Under the pieces are notes generated by a model. The model made no database searches and had not been told where the DNA came from. It saw only the letters and a list, made by a program, of their open reading frames with translations. The position numbers and the translations under genes are program-made. DNA of 24,000 nt, taken from Psychrobacter sp. ER1 (GTDB lineage: Bacteria > Pseudomonadota > Gammaproteobacteria > Pseudomonadales > Moraxellaceae). This document shows, piece after piece, positions 18,917 through 24,000 of the stretch; position 1 is the stretch's first letter, and every line of letters begins with the position of its first letter. The stretch covers positions 3,205,461 through 3,229,460 of the forward strand of contig NZ_CP184640.1 of NCBI RefSeq assembly GCF_048631835.1. The letters run 5' to 3'.

Positions 18917-21054
18917 TAGTAGTAGTGTAGAAACTGATTCATCTATCTTTGACAGGCATTTAGATGATTTTCAAAAATTAGGTATTGATATAGATACAAT
19001 AGATGAGTCAGTACCAACAACGAAAGGATATGGTTTCATGATTGACCATGATGATGAGGGTTTAGATAGGTTTGAAATCAGGCGCGGACGTATTGATTTG
19101 CGTAAAGGAAAAACCTATCTAAATAAGTCTGATAATAGACATTATGAGCTAGTCGAGTACCTAAACGAGAGTACAGAGGTCGTAGTTCGTAGTGTTGAAA
19201 CGGGTAAAACCAGTATTGTTAATATACAAAGTTTGTCAAACATTAAAGATCAGAATAATGATCATATCAATGTCGATATTAGTGCTATTGGCGATGAAGA
19301 GTGGCAAAAAGCACAGTCAAAGTTTGAGGCAATCAAACCTATTATCAATACTGAGCATAGCTATAATCATCGAAAATTAATCATGGAACGCTCAAAGGAG
19401 ATCAATGTCTCAATTCGTTCATTATATCGTTGGATCAAGCAATATCAGACTGTTGGCTCTATTGCAGGACTGGTAGAGAAAAAACGAGGTTGGAAGGAAG
19501 GTGGATCGCGTCTAACTAAAGTTCAGGACGATGTTATTCAAAGAGCCATAAAAGCATTTTATTTGACCAAGCAAAGGGCTAGTTTAGAGCAGACTTATCG
19601 CGAAGTTTTTCGCATTTGCTCCATGGAAAAGATCGACAAACCAAGTAAAAAAGCTATCAAATTACGTATTGATCAAATTTCAGAGTATGAACAGCTTAAA
19701 AAGCGTGGCCAAATAGAGCAAGCTAGAAAAAATTCAAACCCACACCCCATTCCTTTCCTAACGCAGATTATCCATTAAGCGTGATTCAAATAGACCATAC
19801 ACCTGTTGATTTAATGCTAGTCGATAACGAACACCGAAAATCTATTGGTAGACCATATTTAACACTAGCTATCGATGTCTATAGCCGAATGATTACGGGA
19901 TATTACTTATCATTAGATCCACCATCAGCGACCTCAGTTGCAATGTGTGTCGCAAGAAGTATCTTACAAAAAGAGAGTCTTTACTTGAACATGGTATTGA
20001 TCATACAGAATGGCAAGTGTATGGCTATCCTCAAAAGATACACGTTGATAATGGTGCTGACTTTCGATCAAACACCTTGGCTCGTTCGTGCGAAATTCAT
20101 GGGATTAACCTTGAATTTAGACCAGTAGCAAGACCTCAGTTTGGTGGACATATTGAACGTCTCATTGGTACGTTTATGAAAGAGGTTCATGGCATCAACG
20201 GTACAACATTTTCTAATATTAAGGAAAAAGACAATTATGACTCTGAAAAAGAAGCGACACTTACCTTGGATGAGTTTGAGGTTTGGCTTCTTACCTTTAT
20301 AACCAAGGTTTATCACAAGCGAATCCATAGCACTTTAGGGCGAAGTCCTACGGAACAATGGTATCTAGGTATTCATGGTGATGGTGAAAGCATTGGTACA
20401 GGCTTACCATCATTACCAGAAGACTCAAAAACCTTACTATTAGACTTCATGCCAAGTTTTGAGCGAACCATCCAGCATTTTGGCGTGACTATAGACTCCT
20501 TACGCTATTACGACCCCTGCTTAAATATTTTTATTAACGCCAAAATAAAGATGGAAGTAAGAAACACTTCTTATTCAGACGTGATCCAAGAGACATTAGT
20601 AAAATTTGGTTCTACGATCCAAGTTTACACCAGTACTTTACAGTCCCCTTTGCTAACCAGCAGCTACCAAGTATGAGTCTGTGGGAATATAAACAGATTC
20701 GTAAGCAGATTTCTGATAAAGGGAATGAGTATATAAATGAACATCAAATTTATGAAGCTTTAACCGAGATGCGAGACTTAATCGAAGATTCTTCTAAAAA
20801 AACGAAGTCTGCTCGTAGACAAGCGCAACGTCAAAAGACACATGCAAAAGTCAAACTATCGTAGCCAAAACAATAATGGCGAGTAAAAGAAACAATGCCA
20901 ATACTAGCAGCGATCTAGAACCGACTAACAGTGATGATATTCAAACAAATTTACAGCCATCAATACAAGCTTCTAAAAACCTGAAAAGAGTGTCGTTGAA
21001 CAAAATGGTCTACTTCTAGATACGACTGATTTTGATTTTGGAGATATTGAATAA
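18909..21054 (+). pseudogene. tnsB: Tn7-like DDE transposase TnsB, about 715 aa once roughly five homopolymer frameshifts are repaired
   Basis: DDE context: VIQIDHTPVD, KIHVDNGADFRS and GGHIERL. The fragments join when one A is added at 19727..19732, 19968..19972, 20542..20545, 20853..20855 and 20984..20987. The C-terminus is ...LLLDTTDFDFGDIE, and the stop overlaps the tnsC ATG. Confidence 0.85.
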
Positions 21055-21952
21055 TGAATGAAATTATCACTGATAACAAAACGTCTTACCTCCATGTATA
21101 TAAAGATTTCCGTCATCTTGTAGAATATTCTGATGACGATCGATTAGATTTTATTAACGAAGCTCGCTGGGTCAATTATGAGGTAGCAGACAATATAATT
21201 TTAGAGCTAAACGGGCTTTTGAGGTTCCCAAAAGACTAAGAATGCCTAACCTTTTAATAGTCGGTGATTCAAATAACGGCAAAACCAGTATTGCTCATCG
21301 TTTTTTAGAAAACATGGCATGCCAATCGAAGAGAATGGCATTTTAGTCAAGCCTGTTATTTTTGCAAATGCTCCTTCAAGCACTAATGAAAAAGACCTCT
21401 ATATGTCCATTCTAGAGGCACTTCATATGCCCTATAGAACGAAAGATTCAGCATCTTCATTGCTCTATCAAGTACTTCATTTATGCCGCGAGTATCAAGT
21501 CAAAATGATCATGGTTGATGAGCTTCATTCATTACTTACAGGTACACCAAGACAGCAACGTCAGGTAATGAATGCTTTGAAGACATTATGCAATGAATTA
21601 CAGATACCGATTTGTCGGTATTGGAACGCAGGATGCGAAACGTGTACTACACACTGATCCTCAGCACGCTAGTCGATTCGATATTGTAGAAGTCCCTCTT
21701 TGGAAATTAGATAAAAGATTTCAAGAATTACTTTTTCGACTCGAAAGTGTTTTTCCGCTTAAGAATCCATCAGAATTGCATCAACCCAAAACTGCTGCCC
21801 TTATTCATGCCGTTTCAAAAGGAAATTTAGGCAATATTCATAGGCTTCTGTCAGTTTGCGCCAAAGATGCCATTCTTAGTGGCACAGAACAAATTACCGA
21901 AGACATTCTGACTAAAAATAAAGATGTTCGCTCAACCGAAGGACTCAGGTAA
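21054..21952 (+). pseudogene. tnsC: AAA+ transposition regulator TnsC/TniB-like, about 300 aa with three frameshifts
   Basis: Walker A PNLLIVGDSNNGKTS, Walker B MIMVDELHSLL and the TniB-like LKTLCNELQIPxVGIGTQDA. The shifts are at 21230..21233, 21309..21312 and about 21611..21613. Confidence 0.8.
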
Positions 21953-23114
21953 TGGTTAGCGTAAAACCATTACCTGTTGCTACGCCTCTTTTAGATGATG
22001 AAAGCATAAGCTCATGGTTACTACGGGTATCTTTAAATCAAGGCTGCGACCTTTCTACAATTCTTTTTTATCACTGGTCTAAATACAATTTGCGTCATCA
22101 TGATTTTGATAAAGGCTTTAATCATATTAATAAGCAAATACATCAAGATATGGCTGTACTTGCTCAAACTGATACTAAATTTTTTGATAATAGAAGCTTG
22201 ATACAGTTCAATGAAGATATTGGATTAGAGTATCGACCAAATATTAGCCTTACTTGGGTGTTACCTATTCCCAAATTTCATTCTAAAACGATGGTAGGCC
22301 ATCAATATTGCGCTCAATGTATGCAAGAGGACAAAAGTGCGTATTTGAGATTAAAGTGGCGATTTAGTTGGATTGTTTACTGTGAACAGCACTTAATTTC
22401 ACTACAAAGTTCGTGTTCTAGCTACGGATTGCCGTATCAACCACATTTGATCAAAGCGAATCACCGATTTATCAATAGATGTCCTCATTGTCGAGAAAAG
22501 CTAAGCGCTGAAGCAGTAAATCAACTTTTATGTACAGATGCTTATGAGTTTCAATTGAAGGCTGAACAAGTATTGAGCGCTAATCAAGCAATAGTTTTTG
22601 GACATTCAATAACCTCTGGTGACTGGTTTGAGCTGACATTATTTTTCATCAACCTCATAAGGAAGAGTACTTTAGAAAAAGAATTAATCTATAAAAATTT
22701 AGTAGAAACCCTTGGTATATGTGGTATCGATGGTCTTAGGCTAAGCAAAACTAGAACGGGGCTAAAGTTTGATTACTTATCCTACGAGGAAAGAGTAATG
22801 CTTATCGCCTACACCAACCAGATGCTCAAAATCAAATTTGATGACTGGCTATTAGCTTGTAAGAAAAATAATTTAACGCAAAATAGCTTTAGGCTGGGTA
22901 AGCGACCCATCATACCAAAAGCCTTTTACCTATCTACAATGAGCTTCCTTCAGCTGTAAAGCGTCAAATTAAAGCAAACAGGATATCTGCTAAACCTAAG
23001 TCAGCAAGGGCGGTTAATAATTCTTGGGAAAGAATGCAATTACGAATTGAGAAGTTGAAAATATATGATAAATCAAAACCCAACAAGAGAGCTAGAAGAG
23101 CAACTAAGTCATAG
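21952..23114 (+). pseudogene. tniQ: TniQ/TnsD-family target-selection protein, C-terminal frameshift
   Basis: N-terminal TniQ signature PLLDDESISSWLLRVSLNQG and zinc-ribbon-like YCAQC...YCEQH...CPHC. A shift near 22924..22930 extends the ORF (IYNELPSAVKRQIK...) to a stop at 23112..23114. Confidence 0.72.
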
Positions 23115-23649
23115 TATATTCCAAAGCTACACTGATTTTAGTAAATTTCTTCGTAGTCGGACGGGCAAAAGAAACTTCGTTGCCCCTGCACTACAGGTTT
23201 GATGAGTTTTTCAAAGAATGCGACTTACAATGGGGCAAGATACCCTCCTATAAGATTATAACTCACACCTTTGATAATCACTTTGTCCAAAAAAATATGC
23301 CTGTACTTGGATGGCTTTTAAAAACTCGTCAAATCTTTGTCGATGATACAACAGAGCAAATTATTATTTCACAAGCAGCTATCCAAGAAATGTTCGTCGC
23401 CTTTGATGATGATCCACCAAGCATACTGCAAGAATACTTACTTTTTTGAATCAAAGACAGAAGCGTCGTCAGAGTAAGCCAAGTTCTGTTAGAACGGTCT
23501 TTCAACCCATAATTAGTTTATACCACCACTATGGCTTACGAGGCTGCCAAACGCCGTCACAAGCTCAAATAGATAGGTACTTGATCAAGAATAAGGGACA
23601 TATAACGGCTATGATTTCTTTTGTTCAATACTTAAACGGTCATCACTAA
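23065..23649 (+). pseudogene. Unknown fifth transposon ORF, fragmented over several frames
   Basis: Three abutting ORF pieces run in the same direction: MINQNPTRELEEQ... from 23065, then 23180..23449 and 23446..23649. They follow tniQ at the position of the fifth gene in comM-targeting Tn7-like elements. I recognise no domain. Confidence 0.3.
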
Positions 23650-23957
23650 TTTAATCTCGTTTGTAAACGATCATCTAAGAAAATACCAATTAAGCCAGCT
23701 TATAGAATAGCTGGAGATAAGGATCGGCAAAAATTTGAGAAGCGATTTATAGCACTAGCTATGTTAACCAGACCGATAAACGATAAGGAAAGATCCAATG
23801 GATCAATTATGGTATTAGGTACTTTCATCGATTTTTTATCAGCATAAAAACGCTATCAGATGTAGATATCAAGCCATGTAATGAGTATGAAAATTTAATG
23901 TTAGTTCAATACGATAATAAACAGTTTGCGTTACCCAAATTTTAATTAGCTTTTAAT

Positions 23958-23980
23958 ATTTTGTATTTTGTATTTTGTAT
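23958..23980. repeat. Perfect heptamer tandem repeat (attttgt x3 plus a partial unit)
   Basis: Read directly: attttgt attttgt attttgt at, just upstream of a possible ATG at 23995. Confidence 0.6.
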
Positions 23981-24000
23981 ACAGGTCTATAATAATGAGA

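Larger units (their letters stand above)
18134..24000 (+). mobile_element. Tn7-like transposon (partial; continues past the window end) inserted in comM
   Basis: The end sequence is followed by the tnsA-tnsB-tnsC-tniQ gene order with overlapping start/stop codons. The host comM gene is truncated at the junction. Confidence 0.8.

Noticed and set aside
20489-20497. tgactata inside tnsB, matching the IS630/MITE terminus.
   Set aside because: It is an isolated 8-mer within a coding region, with no partner end.
18134-24000. Possibility that the Tn7-like element is CRISPR-associated (CAST).
   Set aside because: No cas genes or repeat-spacer array occur in the visible 5.9 kb. The comM target with a TnsD-like TniQ fits protein-guided targeting. 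This cannot be excluded for sequence beyond the window.

Overview
The window looks like gammaproteobacterial chromosome, probably Moraxellaceae (Psychrobacter/Acinetobacter-like; this is inference from protein sequences and composition). It carries two accessory insertions in a housekeeping backbone.

Backbone genes, in order:
- apbE and nqrM, the tail of an nqr operon
- a CynX-like MFS transporter
- a tesA-like SGNH lipoprotein with a ybbA/ybbP-like ABC pair
- avtA
- hisH and hisB
- a PanZ-like GNAT protein
- tRNA-Phe(GAA)
- a DUF4385 protein
- gph

Accessory element 1 (about 7926..10900) is a visibly AT-rich minus-strand islet. It carries a retron-type reverse transcriptase with NAxxH, YADD and VTG-like motifs. 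The RT reading frame is interrupted by a 907-bp IS630-family element. On the far side of the IS the frame continues as a Toprim domain (Ec67/Retron-Eco2-like RT-Toprim architecture). A co-oriented unknown 120-aa ORF follows. A candidate msr/msd region lies upstream of the RT.

Accessory element 2 (18134 to the window end) is a Tn7-like transposon (tnsA, tnsB, tnsC/tniB, tniQ/tnsD-like, then unknown ORFs). It is inserted in comM/yifB, and its end begins TGT and carries four direct TnsB-site-like repeats.

A 161-bp MITE related to the IS630 copy sits upstream of the tesA-like gene.

At least 15 genes carry frameshifts. Most are repaired by adding one base to an A/T homopolymer. Housekeeping genes are hit as often as mobile ones, so assembly error is more likely than real pseudogenisation.
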